Shown here one piece after another: positions 9,296-18,265 of a DNA stretch of 53,495 nucleotides; the stretch's first letter is position 1; each line of letters opens with the position of its first letter. Source of the stretch: an uncultured Bacteroidia bacterium (lineage in GTDB: Bacteria; Bacteroidota; Bacteroidia; Bacteroidales; CAJPTX01); the NCBI GenBank assembly GCA_938040915.1, contig CALHZE010000233.1, positions 1 through 53,495 of the forward strand. Direction: 5' to 3'. The notes beneath the pieces were generated by a model. The model ran no database searches. It saw nothing but the letters and a program-made list of their open reading frames with translations, and was not told the origin of the DNA. Made by a program: the position numbers and the translations under genes.

Positions 9296-11458
9296 CTAAT
9301 AAAACTTGCCGCGACGGTCTTCGATAGTAGACATCTGCTCAAGCGCACCATACGCATCATAAGAGGCGCGACGCGACAACTCTTCACGCGCCTGTTTCAC
9401 ATCGAGCGGACGCGCATTGCTGTTAGGACTCACGTTCTCTGCTTGAAGGATGTATACACCCTGCGTACCAGCGACAGGAGAGGTTATCTTCCCCTTTTCG
9501 AGGCTAGCAACCACCCCAACCACAGCGGGCTCATAACCTTCAGAGCCGAAAGAGTAACTCTCATACCCGACACCACTAGCACGCTTCACACCATCACCTA
9601 ACTTCGAAGCGATAGCCTCCATGTCCGAAGCTCCCGCCGCAGCCTCTTTCATCTTAGCGATGATAGCCACAGTCTTCTTTTCCTTGATAACGCCGTCATG
9701 GAGCTCTTGCTTGACCGCCGTCCAGTCAGCATAAGTCCCGTCACTTTCCTGAATCCCTTTAAGCATCGCAACCACAAAGGTGTCGCCTAACTCAAATACA
9801 GAAGAGACATCCCCAATCTCTGCCCCAAAAGCCCAACGAATGATCTCGCGGGAGTTATCTAAACCTCGGATCTCAGTCTCCTTGTCATCGAGATCGTTAG
9901 ACGTCTGTATCGCAATAGATTTCGCTGCAGCGAGAGAATCAAAATTCTTTTGCGTACGAGCGACATAAGCCTTCACGTTCGACTCAAAAAGCGAAGAGAA
10001 CCAATTAGGACGTTGCTCGTGTACCGCCGTAGCAAACGAACTCGCCTCATTAAAGGCTTGCTGATAGGTGTGTTTCCCTGGGAGCACCTTGTGAACCAAA
10101 ATAGCAAGGTCTACGCACGGGGAGCTCCCCTTCTGTCCTAAGATCTCAATGATGTGCACCCCGAAATTGGTACGTACCACAACAATGTCGTCCTTCTTCC
10201 CTTCAAAACAAGCGTCGTTAAACTCCTTGACCATACGCCCCTGAGCAAACCAATCCAGATCGCCCCCCTTGCTCTTAGACCCTGGGTCATCAGAATATTT
10301 GTCAGCAAGCACGACAAAATCAGCCCCCTTGCGGATAAGTGCCGCCACACTGTCTGCCATGGCTTGTGCACGCTCTCCGGCATATTTATCTGACGAGAAG
10401 AGGATGTGACGCGCGTGTACCGAGTCGGGCATCGACTTGTGACGCAACATCCGTGCTACCTTGAACGCATCGTCGTCATACACCACTGGCGAAAGATCCC
10501 CATCCTGCGCATCAGAGAAAGCCCACGCAGCGAGCTCACCAGAAAGGTCTCTCTGTTTATACCAACGCCCCGTATAAGGCTCGTCCCCCAACTGAGTAGC
10601 ATATTGTGCTGGGTTGTCCGTAGTCCGGAACTCGGGCATATCTTTCTGAAGCGCCTTTTCTGCAGTCTCGCGATCTTCCGCCTGCGCCTTTACTGGGAAT
10701 TGTGCATAGACAATATTGCGACGCTCTGGACGACGGAACGATTCCTTGTGTTTTTCATAGTAAGCCTTTGCCTCATTGTCCATCACTTTGTAGAGGGAGT
10801 CGGGCTCAGAAGAGTAACGCTTGAGTACATAAGCCACGTCAGCTTGGTTTTCACGAAGCTTATGGAGCTGCTCTGCGATCTGCGTCGGCATCCACAGCCC
10901 CTTTGAGACAAGATTGGTGTACTTCTGCATGAGTCGCTCGTCAGCAATACCACGTTCGAGCTCATACCAGTATTCGCGTTGCTCGGGAGTTACGTTGTCG
11001 AGGTTTTGTAGGAAGGTGAGCATCCGTTCGCGATCAAACTCATTCGTCTCGGGGTTGGTAAACACCTGCTTCACAACCGGCATCGGGTCATCACCCAAGA
11101 TGAGTGACGAGAGTTCTGCATCGGTAACGGCAAGCCCGAGTCGCTCACATTCCTTGCCCATAACTTCCTTTTGCAAGAAGTTACGCCATACCATTTCGCG
11201 AATCTGTGACTGGAGTTGCTCGGTCGCTCCTTGGCCAGAAAGCGCCTGACGCATCTTAAGTTGTTTGTCGACCGTTGCTTGATACTCAGGATAGTCGTAT
11301 GCCACGCCATCGACACGCCCGACCTCCATCTCTCCACGATTAAAAATCGACTGCCCCGAGCCGAGCAAATCACCCAACACGAAGGCAAGCAACGCCAAGC
11401 CTAAAATTACCGTCACAAACACCCCTGCCTTATTTCTCAGGGTCTCCAAAGTAGCCAT
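9296..11458 (-). CDS. ppiD: Membrane-anchored periplasmic chaperone / parvulin-type peptidyl-prolyl isomerase (PpiD/SurA-like)
   Basis: 720 aa. Has an N-terminal TM anchor (GVFVTVILGLALLAFVLG) and a parvulin segment (ARHILFSS..GGDLDWFAQGRMVKEFNDACF). Confidence 0.75.
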   Translation of the reverse strand: MATLETLRNKAGVFVTVILGLALLAFVLGDLLGSGQSIFNRGEMEVGRVDGVAYDYPEYQATVDKQLKMRQALSGQGATEQLQSQIREMVWRNFLQKEVMGKECERLGLAVTDAELSSLILGDDPMPVVKQVFTNPETNEFDRERMLTFLQNLDNVTPEQREYWYELERGIADERLMQKYTNLVSKGLWMPTQIAEQLHKLRENQADVAYVLKRYSSEPDSLYKVMDNEAKAYYEKHKESFRRPERRNIVYAQFPVKAQAEDRETAEKALQKDMPEFRTTDNPAQYATQLGDEPYTGRWYKQRDLSGELAAWAFSDAQDGDLSPVVYDDDAFKVARMLRHKSMPDSVHARHILFSSDKYAGERAQAMADSVAALIRKGADFVVLADKYSDDPGSKSKGGDLDWFAQGRMVKEFNDACFEGKKDDIVVVRTNFGVHIIEILGQKGSSPCVDLAILVHKVLPGKHTYQQAFNEASSFATAVHEQRPNWFSSLFESNVKAYVARTQKNFDSLAAAKSIAIQTSNDLDDKETEIRGLDNSREIIRWAFGAEIGDVSSVFELGDTFVVAMLKGIQESDGTYADWTAVKQELHDGVIKEKKTVAIIAKMKEAAAGASDMEAIASKLGDGVKRASGVGYESYSFGSEGYEPAVVGVVASLEKGKITSPVAGTQGVYILQAENVSPNSNARPLDVKQAREELSRRASYDAYGALEQMSTIEDRRGKFY

Positions 11459-11512
11459 CTTTCTCGAACAGTTTCTTTATGAAATTCGGTGTTATACTCC
11501 AATTCAGCTGCG

Positions 11513-11520
11513 CAAATATA
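11513..11520 (-). promoter_or_regulatory. -7 promoter box (TATATTTG on minus strand) for ppiD
   Basis: TAnnTTTG match 55 nt upstream of ATG 11458. Confidence 0.4.
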
Positions 11521-11950
11521 CGCTTTTTGCCTTGAGTAGATAAGCCCCCAAGGCAAGAAGCCCTAGCGAGAAAACATAGCAAGAAAAACCGCCAGCTCCA
11601 CGCAACGCAACGGCAAAAGTAAAGAATAAAAAGACAACACCCGCCGCGAGGGAATATCTCAAAAAGAGAGGATCAAAGTTTTTGAGACACGCGTCACAAG
11701 AATTAGACGTGTATCAAAACGCTAAAGACTGGCGCATCACGTTGCCCCAGTACCTGTCATTTGTTGGGAAAATCGCACTAGCGTGGCAAAGCCGCACACG
11801 AAAGATCAACCGGCTGATTGAGAAATCAGCAAGGCGACGCCACCCTGCGCCACGAGTTACAGGCGCTCCTACGCGGACGAGCGGGCGCAATGTGTGGTAA
11901 TAGGATGCTCACACCGCCGACACGTGCCGCGTCGAGTTGAGACTTACCCC

Positions 11951-12385
11951 CTACTCGAGCAAACGCTTCGCCTCAACGATCAACGCACTGGGGTCATCAC
12001 CCCGCTCCACAGCCCTAGAGAAAAGATCAATCAAGAGCTTCGCTTTCTCTTCTGGAAAATGGAGTTTTGCCACCGTCTTGTAACAATAGTCAAGCTCGTT
12101 GGGGTCAATCACTCCATCTGCATACATCACATGCACATAATCAAACAAGAGGATCAGACGCTCTTCGACCGACTCGGGGATCTTAAAAGCAATCGAGTCT
12201 GGCTCTTGGAAGATTCGGTCAATTTCCGAGTCTGTAAGCCCTATGCGTAAGCCGATCTCAGAGATGCGATCGATCTCGGAGTCGTCAATATTTCCGTCCA
12301 CAGCAGCAAGCTCCATAAGCGCCTTGATATGAGCCAAACGCCGCTTAGAGTCGGCAGAACCGAAGAAATGAGTAAAAAACGTCAT
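11951..12385 (-). CDS. TerB-family (tellurite-resistance TerB / DjlA-N-like) protein
   Basis: 144 aa. Carries two acidic helical repeats typical of TerB domains: LMELAAVDGNIDDSEIDRI and VHVMYADGVIDPNELDY. Confidence 0.55.
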   Translation of the reverse strand: MTFFTHFFGSADSKRRLAHIKALMELAAVDGNIDDSEIDRISEIGLRIGLTDSEIDRIFQEPDSIAFKIPESVEERLILLFDYVHVMYADGVIDPNELDYCYKTVAKLHFPEEKAKLLIDLFSRAVERGDDPSALIVEAKRLLE

Positions 12386-12393
12386 GATGCTAG

Positions 12394-12744
12394 TTAGTTA
12401 GATTTCGTAGTGTTTTTACGCGCAAAGATCAAGGGGATGAGGACAAGCAACACCGAAAAAGTCAACACCCACGTGCTATATGCAAACGGGATGCTCAGGG
12501 TCGCAATAATGCACCCCGCTCCCCCTAAGAAACTCATCAAACGAAAAGGGAGGCGCTTCGTCCGAGCCCCTGAAAGGACTCCCACAAGCCCCAACATCAG
12601 AAAGAGGAGAAGAAGAACCTGCGAGGCATAAACGTCAAGCCAATCTGTCAGAAAATAGAGCAACACGACCACCACCACCAGCACCTCGCCGGCAAGGATA
12701 AATCGATCAACAAACTTCCCTAAGCGCTCGGTAATGCGGACCAC
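12394..12744 (-). CDS. Small integral membrane protein (3-4 TM segments)
   Basis: 116 aa, strongly hydrophobic (VLVVVVVLLYFL, LLLLFLMLGLVGVL, GCIIATLSIPFAY, VLLVLIPLIF). Packed 8-12 nt from both neighbours. Confidence 0.5.
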   Translation of the reverse strand: MVRITERLGKFVDRFILAGEVLVVVVVLLYFLTDWLDVYASQVLLLLFLMLGLVGVLSGARTKRLPFRLMSFLGGAGCIIATLSIPFAYSTWVLTFSVLLVLIPLIFARKNTTKSN

Positions 12745-12756
12745 AACAAGAGGCGT

Positions 12757-13683
12757 TTAATTGAAGCTCTGGAACTTCTTCAGAAGCGGATTGATGAACA
12801 TGACTGGGGTGTCGACATTCACGACCTTTGAGGAAAAGTAGGTAGAGAACTGATCGCTCATTAAGATGAGCAAATCTGCCTCGATCATGTTGACGAAATC
12901 GAAGACAGAATCCTCAAAACGCGACTTGCGGTTGCCCGTCTTCAAGCCGTAGACGATATCTTGTTCGTCGAGATACTTCTTCACAAAGTTGATGTTGGTC
13001 GAAAGATCAAACTTCTGTGCCGGATCGTTAAGCGCCGGAGGACGAATCAAGTTGACGTTGCAGTGATAGTAGCTCGAGATCTGAATAATCCAGCGCACGG
13101 TTTCCTTAAACGTCCGGTTGGGGGTGACAGGCACCACAAGGTCTGTGTAATAGTTGTGACTAGGCGCCTTATTGACGATAATGAAGGGGATTCCCTCCTG
13201 CCGCGACGACTTGACCTTGAGGAGAAAATCTACCATGTCATCTGGCTTTTTTCCCTCGTGCCCGACATACTGACGCGTCACGACCAAGTTTGCGTTGTTA
13301 GAGAAGTAATAGTCGCGGAAGTCGTTGCGCAAATTGTTGTAGCAGAGCACCTCGCCGGTGATCTGGACATGCTCATATACCCGCTCGCTCCCCCCCTCGC
13401 CGCTGACCGGCTCTTGAGAATGCTGGGCTAGGAAAGCCGCTTTATACTTCTCATTGAGTTGGTCGTTGTAGGAGGCAGCCTCACTCTCGATATGCTTCTT
13501 GAGCTCAATATGCTGCTCGGTAAACTTCTCTTTCTTACCGAAAAGTCCGGGTTTCTCAATGGTGGTAAGAAGGACGACATCGTCCCCTCGCACCTGCGCC
13601 AACTGGAAGGCATGGAGAAGAGCAATGTTAGTCTCCTCCCTGAAGTCCCACGGGACAATAATCTTCTTTTTTGGCTCGTCCAT
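12757..13683 (-). CDS. Tandem universal-stress-protein (USP)-like protein
   Basis: 308 aa in two halves. Each starts like a USP domain (KKIIVPWDFREETNIALLHAFQLAQ.. / YTDLVVPVTPNRTFKETVRWIIQIS..) and ends like one (ANLVV..IPFIIVN / ADLLILM..TPVMFINP). I could not see the canonical ATP-binding glycine motif. Confidence 0.45.
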   Translation of the reverse strand: MDEPKKKIIVPWDFREETNIALLHAFQLAQVRGDDVVLLTTIEKPGLFGKKEKFTEQHIELKKHIESEAASYNDQLNEKYKAAFLAQHSQEPVSGEGGSERVYEHVQITGEVLCYNNLRNDFRDYYFSNNANLVVTRQYVGHEGKKPDDMVDFLLKVKSSRQEGIPFIIVNKAPSHNYYTDLVVPVTPNRTFKETVRWIIQISSYYHCNVNLIRPPALNDPAQKFDLSTNINFVKKYLDEQDIVYGLKTGNRKSRFEDSVFDFVNMIEADLLILMSDQFSTYFSSKVVNVDTPVMFINPLLKKFQSFN

Positions 13684-13739
13684 TGTTACGTTACGCTACT
13701 GTTTACTTTTTCCAGCAAGAAATAGAAAGCTTGCTAGCA

Positions 13740-13747
13740 CAAATGTA
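13740..13747 (-). promoter_or_regulatory. -7 promoter box (TACATTTG on minus strand) for the USP / TM / TerB trio
   Basis: TAnnTTTG match 57 nt upstream of ATG 13683, inside the 124-nt gap after the cyclase gene. Confidence 0.4.
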
Positions 13748-13807
13748 CTCATTTTCCACACAAGAACGACACAGAAGCGCGCCTTAGTACGCCCCCCCTC
13801 CATCGGG

Positions 13808-15283
13808 TTACTTTTTTTCCCGAGCTCGGTTCTCCTCTTCGGCTCGGCGTTGCCACTCTCTTAGCTCTTTGAGCTGTTGTTGCTTGGGGAGCTCCCGTTT
13901 TTGCCTTGCCGTCTCTGTGTAATACTGATGTCTATTGATAAACTCTATTTGCTGCCCGACCCACGCGGCTTCGTCACCAACCATCCCACGTTCGCGTAAT
14001 TCTTGGTAGAGATTATGGGCGCCGTTAGAAAAATCGAGACGCCCGAGGTAGTCTAGGTCGGCATCACAGATAATCTTTTCCAAGAGATCGGTCGGGTGTA
14101 CGGGCATCTTAGTCGCCATGATGAGACGACTTATCACGTCGATTTGTTCCTTCGAGTAACCGAAATTGGGTAGGGTTTGACAAGCCATATCGACCCCCAA
14201 ACGTTCGTGCTCTGCGTATGAGATGACGTGCCCCGAATCGTGAAGGAGCGCAGCAGTTTGGAGTAATAAGAGCTCCTCTTCTGAGACACCCTCTGCACGC
14301 CCAATAATCTCAACCTGGATCACCACGTCTTGGGTGTGGCGCGTGTTGTGGTAATAAAGCGACTGGGGAAGTTTCTTTTCGAGCCAATCAAAGATATACT
14401 CACTCAAGTCGGCAAAACGAAGTTGCTGGTAACGCGTGTAAAAGAGGGCATTGGGGCGCTTCCCTTCGCCGTTTTCAGAGAGCTCGGGCACAATCCCTTT
14501 CACGAAATACATCACGAGTTGTTTGCCGTTCTTGACGGTCATTTTGCCTCGGTTTTCACACTCAAAGAAATTGTGGACAACGTTGTAGGTATCTTCCGAA
14601 ATATTGATACGCCCCTCGGCGCCCGCCGACTCCATACGTTTAGCATTGTTGACGGTTGCGCCCCAGATATCCATAGAGAGACGGTTACGCCCCAGCACGC
14701 CCGAGGTCACAGTCCCCGTGGCGATACCGATCCGTACGCCCCAGTGCGACTTTTCCATCCGAAACTCTTGATTGAGTTGATCGAGCGTTTCGAGCATCTC
14801 CATGGCCAAGAGCACCACACGCACAGGGTTTGCCTTGTCATACTGCTCCATACCCGCCACACACATATAGGCATCGCCTATGGTCTTAATCTTCTCTACG
14901 TGATGTCGTTCCGCAAGCCCATCGAGAGCAAAGATGTAATGATCGAGAAAGTCAAGAAGGGTCTCGCTGTTCTCCGCATCCACAATCGACGAAAACCCAA
15001 CCACATCAGAGAAGAGCACCGTAGATTGCGGACACTCCTTGTTATCTACGCGCCCCACACGCTGAAGCTCTTTGACAGTATTTTGAGGCAATACCCTGTG
15101 AATAAGGTTGAAAAGCTTCTCGCGCTCGTTAATAAGCTCGTGGGTGCGGAGGTGAAGCTCCTGCTCAAAACGAGCGTAGGTCTGCGATTGGAAAAAGACG
15201 AAAGCACAGCGCACTAAAATGAAAAACGAGTAAACACAATAGGCAACCGTGAGGATTAAGAGCGCGATGAGTAGATATTGCAA
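13808..15283 (-). CDS. Membrane-anchored class III adenylate cyclase fused to a C-terminal HD phosphohydrolase domain
   Basis: 491 aa with an N-terminal TM (LLIALLILTVAYCVYSFFILV). Cyclase motifs: VLFSDVVGFSS and KIKTIGDAYMCVAG (metal Asp residues plus adenine-specifying Lys), RIGIATG, and MDIWGATVNNAKRMES (specificity Asp, catalytic Asn/Arg). HD domain: YHNTRHTQDV, ALLHDSGH, CDADLDYLG. Confidence 0.8.
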   Translation of the reverse strand: MQYLLIALLILTVAYCVYSFFILVRCAFVFFQSQTYARFEQELHLRTHELINEREKLFNLIHRVLPQNTVKELQRVGRVDNKECPQSTVLFSDVVGFSSIVDAENSETLLDFLDHYIFALDGLAERHHVEKIKTIGDAYMCVAGMEQYDKANPVRVVLLAMEMLETLDQLNQEFRMEKSHWGVRIGIATGTVTSGVLGRNRLSMDIWGATVNNAKRMESAGAEGRINISEDTYNVVHNFFECENRGKMTVKNGKQLVMYFVKGIVPELSENGEGKRPNALFYTRYQQLRFADLSEYIFDWLEKKLPQSLYYHNTRHTQDVVIQVEIIGRAEGVSEEELLLLQTAALLHDSGHVISYAEHERLGVDMACQTLPNFGYSKEQIDVISRLIMATKMPVHPTDLLEKIICDADLDYLGRLDFSNGAHNLYQELRERGMVGDEAAWVGQQIEFINRHQYYTETARQKRELPKQQQLKELREWQRRAEEENRAREKK

Positions 15284-15310
15284 AACGAATCGTTGTTAGA
15301 GATATTCGGC

Positions 15311-16477
15311 TTAGTAGGATACGGGCGCAGAGCCTAAAAGTTCCTCTCCCACATACCATGCAGCAAATTGTCCGGGGGTCACCCCGCGCTGAGGGAGCTC
15401 AAAACGCAGAAAGTAGTCATTAGGCTCACGGTAAAGCCACGCCGACTGAAGGGGTTGACGATAACGCAAGCGAGCCGCTACGGGCAAGTGCTCCCCTACC
15501 TGAAGTTCGCGCGTAGGGTTGACCCAATGCACCTCGTTTGGCGAAAGTCTCACAACCTGCCGATTGAGATAAGGGTGGTCATGCCCCTGCCCCACATAGA
15601 CGATGTTTCGCGCCACATCGATCCCTAACACAAAGAGGGGGAGCTCTTTGCCCCCGACCCCGAGCCCCTTACGTTGCCCGACGGTAAAGAAGTGTGCGCC
15701 TGTGTGCTTGCCCACGACCTTCCCCATCGAGGGAGCTAGCGGATAAGGCTGCGCCTGCTCTGCTAGTGTCTCGCGCGACGCAGGCAAAGAGACATCTCGC
15801 GGCACCTCGATAATATCGCCATCGCGTGAGGCAAGACGTTGGGCAAGAAAGGTGGGGAGATCTATTTTACCGACAAAGCAAATGCCATAGCTATCCTTGC
15901 GTTGCGCGGTAGCCAACCCCAATTTACGCGCCAACTCGCGCACTTCGTGCTTTTGCATCGCGCCCACTGGGAAGAGCGCATGAGAGAGTTGCTCCTGATT
16001 TACTTGACAAAGGAAATAGCTCTGATCTTTCCCCTTGTCAAGCCCTGCCAAAAGAGAGTGTACTTCCCTTCCCGCGCTGAGCGAGGTCGCTCGGCGACAA
16101 TAGTGCCCCGTAGCCACAAACTCTGCACCTCGGGCACGCGCCACCTCCCAGAAGGCGGCAAACTTGATTTCTCGGTTACACAAGACGTCAGGATTGGGGG
16201 TGCGCCCACGTGCATATTCCTCAAAGAGATAGTCAATCACTGCGTCTTTATAGGCTTCGCTTAAATCAACGAGCTCAAACGGTATGCCCAATCGTCTGGC
16301 TACCATAGCGGCAAAGTCTCGATCTTCCTCAAACGGACAATCAGACTTGAGAAGCCCCACTCGCTCGGTCCAGTTCTGCATATAGATCCCCAACACCTCG
16401 TGCCCAGCCTCTAGCAACTGGTAGGCAGCGACGCTCGAGTCAACCCCTCCTGAAAGCCCAACGACAACCCTCGCCAT
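15311..16477 (-). CDS. mnmA: tRNA 2-thiouridine(34) synthase
   Basis: PP-loop VVVGLSGGVDSSVAA, followed by GIYMQNW, CNREIKF, TGHY, KDQSYFL. The track ORF starts at TTG 16501; ATG 16477 (MARVVVGLSGG) is the more likely start. Confidence 0.9.
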   Translation of the reverse strand: MARVVVGLSGGVDSSVAAYQLLEAGHEVLGIYMQNWTERVGLLKSDCPFEEDRDFAAMVARRLGIPFELVDLSEAYKDAVIDYLFEEYARGRTPNPDVLCNREIKFAAFWEVARARGAEFVATGHYCRRATSLSAGREVHSLLAGLDKGKDQSYFLCQVNQEQLSHALFPVGAMQKHEVRELARKLGLATAQRKDSYGICFVGKIDLPTFLAQRLASRDGDIIEVPRDVSLPASRETLAEQAQPYPLAPSMGKVVGKHTGAHFFTVGQRKGLGVGGKELPLFVLGIDVARNIVYVGQGHDHPYLNRQVVRLSPNEVHWVNPTRELQVGEHLPVAARLRYRQPLQSAWLYREPNDYFLRFELPQRGVTPGQFAAWYVGEELLGSAPVSY

Positions 16478-16510
16478 CTCGTCTCTATGAGCGATGAGCA
16501 ACGCGCGCCC

Positions 16511-18220
16511 CTAAGAGGCCTTTTTACGCGAGGATACGCTTTCTCTACGCATATCGACCGGCGAACGGCGAAGGTAAAACTGCATCGAGTCTGGCTGCTG
16601 AAGTAGCGAAACTCCGCGGAGGAAAACGCTATCACTATGGAGCGAAAAAGCCAAACGCCCCGCACGGTAGTAGTAGCGCGAGATAATTTCTTGTGACAAA
16701 AGCTCTTTTAACTCTGCCGCGTGGGTGTGATAATAGTGGAAAAAAGCAGAATCTAACCTAGCACGGAGGAGGGTGAGTGGCGTCGAGAGGAGCGAGTCAC
16801 TCAACTCCGCCTCTTTCCCCATCTTCTCAAGGCGGAGGATCTCGTCAAACATGGCGTTCTTTTTCGCATAGCCCTTCTCTTTCACCAGAGAGAGAAAGTC
16901 GCTCATATCCTGTTCCGTAAGCGTAAAATCCTTAAGGTCTGGGACGACCGTCTGCCGCTGTTGATACCGGTTAGCGTAATCATAAAACGCACTGTTGACA
17001 TAAAGAGAGGCAACGAGCGGGCTATACTCCGGTCCCGTGATGGGTATATCTGGCCAAATGCCACCGCCGTCATAGACCGTACGTCCGCCGCGCGTCTGAA
17101 AATCACGCATCAACGAGTCGGGGATCGACTCTACCCCCCCGTTGGCATTCCGACGGGCGTAATCGATGGCTTGGATACAGCGTCCGCTCGGGGTGTAATA
17201 CTTGGCCGTGGTGATCTTAAAAACGCCCCCGTGAGGGAGTGGGCGCGTGCTCTGCACCAGCCCCTTACCAAAGGTCTGCTCGCCCACAATGAGCGCGCGG
17301 TCTAGATCTTGGAAAGCGCCTGCAACAATCTCGCTCGACGAAGCCGACTCGCGATTGACAAGCACCACCACCGGCAGATCGCGATAGGGCGCACTCCCCG
17401 AACTGTAGACTGTATTGACATTCTCTGGGTCGCGCCCCCTCACATCGACCACCTTTGTACCTGGGGGAACAAAAAGACTCACGAGATCGACCGCCTCATT
17501 AAACAGCCCTCCTACATTTCCCCGCAAGTCCAAAATCAATCCGCTGAGCTTCTTTCCCGCAGGGGTCATCGCCGCCAGAGCGTGCTCAATCTCTTTCGCG
17601 CACCCATCGGTAAATCTATCGAGATTGACATACGCCAGATCGCCAGGCAAGAGGGTCGAGTACGCCACCGAGGGTATCTGTATCCGTTTCCGTTTCACCT
17701 CCACAGCGAGCCCTTGTTCCCCGTAGGGGCGGTTGAGGGTGATCGTGAGCTTTGAGTTTTCTTTTCCCTTGAGTTTCGCACTCACGTCGTTAACCGATAC
17801 CCCTTTGAGATTTTGCCCGTCAATCGCGACAATCGTGTCGCCGACTTTTATCCCCGCAAGCACCGCAGGCGTGTTGTCATAGAGCTGTGCTATTTGCGTA
17901 TAAGCGCCCGCCTTCTGGATCATTGCCCCAATACCGGCATACTCGCCCGTGGTGATAAACTGAAACGCCTCCTTCGAACTCTCGGGGATGTACTCTGTGT
18001 AGGGATCAAGAGAGCGTAACATACCGAGGATGCCGCCACTGATCAGCTGCTCAGGGTCAGGCTCATCAACATCCATGAGCATCGCATCTCGGAAAACAAC
18101 AAAAAGAGTCTCGAGATTCTTAGTAAGGTCGTGGTCAGAGTAGGCAGAATAGCCCAAGAAACTCCCCCCTGCGATACCAAGGGCAAGGAGGGAAGCCGAT
18201 AACCATTTTTTCCTACGCAT
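16511..18220 (-). CDS. S41 carboxy-terminal processing peptidase with PDZ domain
   Basis: 569 aa with a signal peptide. Has a PDZ segment (AGIKVGDTIVAIDGQNL), LILDLRGNVGG, and SASSSEIVAGAFQDLDRALIVGEQTFGKG (Ser/Lys dyad context). Confidence 0.85.
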   Translation of the reverse strand: MRRKKWLSASLLALGIAGGSFLGYSAYSDHDLTKNLETLFVVFRDAMLMDVDEPDPEQLISGGILGMLRSLDPYTEYIPESSKEAFQFITTGEYAGIGAMIQKAGAYTQIAQLYDNTPAVLAGIKVGDTIVAIDGQNLKGVSVNDVSAKLKGKENSKLTITLNRPYGEQGLAVEVKRKRIQIPSVAYSTLLPGDLAYVNLDRFTDGCAKEIEHALAAMTPAGKKLSGLILDLRGNVGGLFNEAVDLVSLFVPPGTKVVDVRGRDPENVNTVYSSGSAPYRDLPVVVLVNRESASSSEIVAGAFQDLDRALIVGEQTFGKGLVQSTRPLPHGGVFKITTAKYYTPSGRCIQAIDYARRNANGGVESIPDSLMRDFQTRGGRTVYDGGGIWPDIPITGPEYSPLVASLYVNSAFYDYANRYQQRQTVVPDLKDFTLTEQDMSDFLSLVKEKGYAKKNAMFDEILRLEKMGKEAELSDSLLSTPLTLLRARLDSAFFHYYHTHAAELKELLSQEIISRYYYRAGRLAFSLHSDSVFLRGVSLLQQPDSMQFYLRRSPVDMRRESVSSRKKAS

Positions 18221-18265
18221 TCTGTTTGGAGAGGTTGGGGTCAGGAGTGTTGATCGCGACGCCTT

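Noticed and set aside
11504-11662. A 52-codon hydrophobic minus-strand ORF (LRYSLAAGVVFLFFTFAVAL..FSLGLLALGAYLL), possibly a small two-TM protein.
   Set aside because: It has only a TTG start and no supporting motif, and it overlaps the ppiD promoter box. It could not be distinguished from chance.
13540-13551. GAAAAGTCCGGG, which resembles the RNase P RNA CR-I motif.
   Set aside because: It lies inside a well-supported CDS on the opposite coding strand, and no flanking RNase P helices are present.
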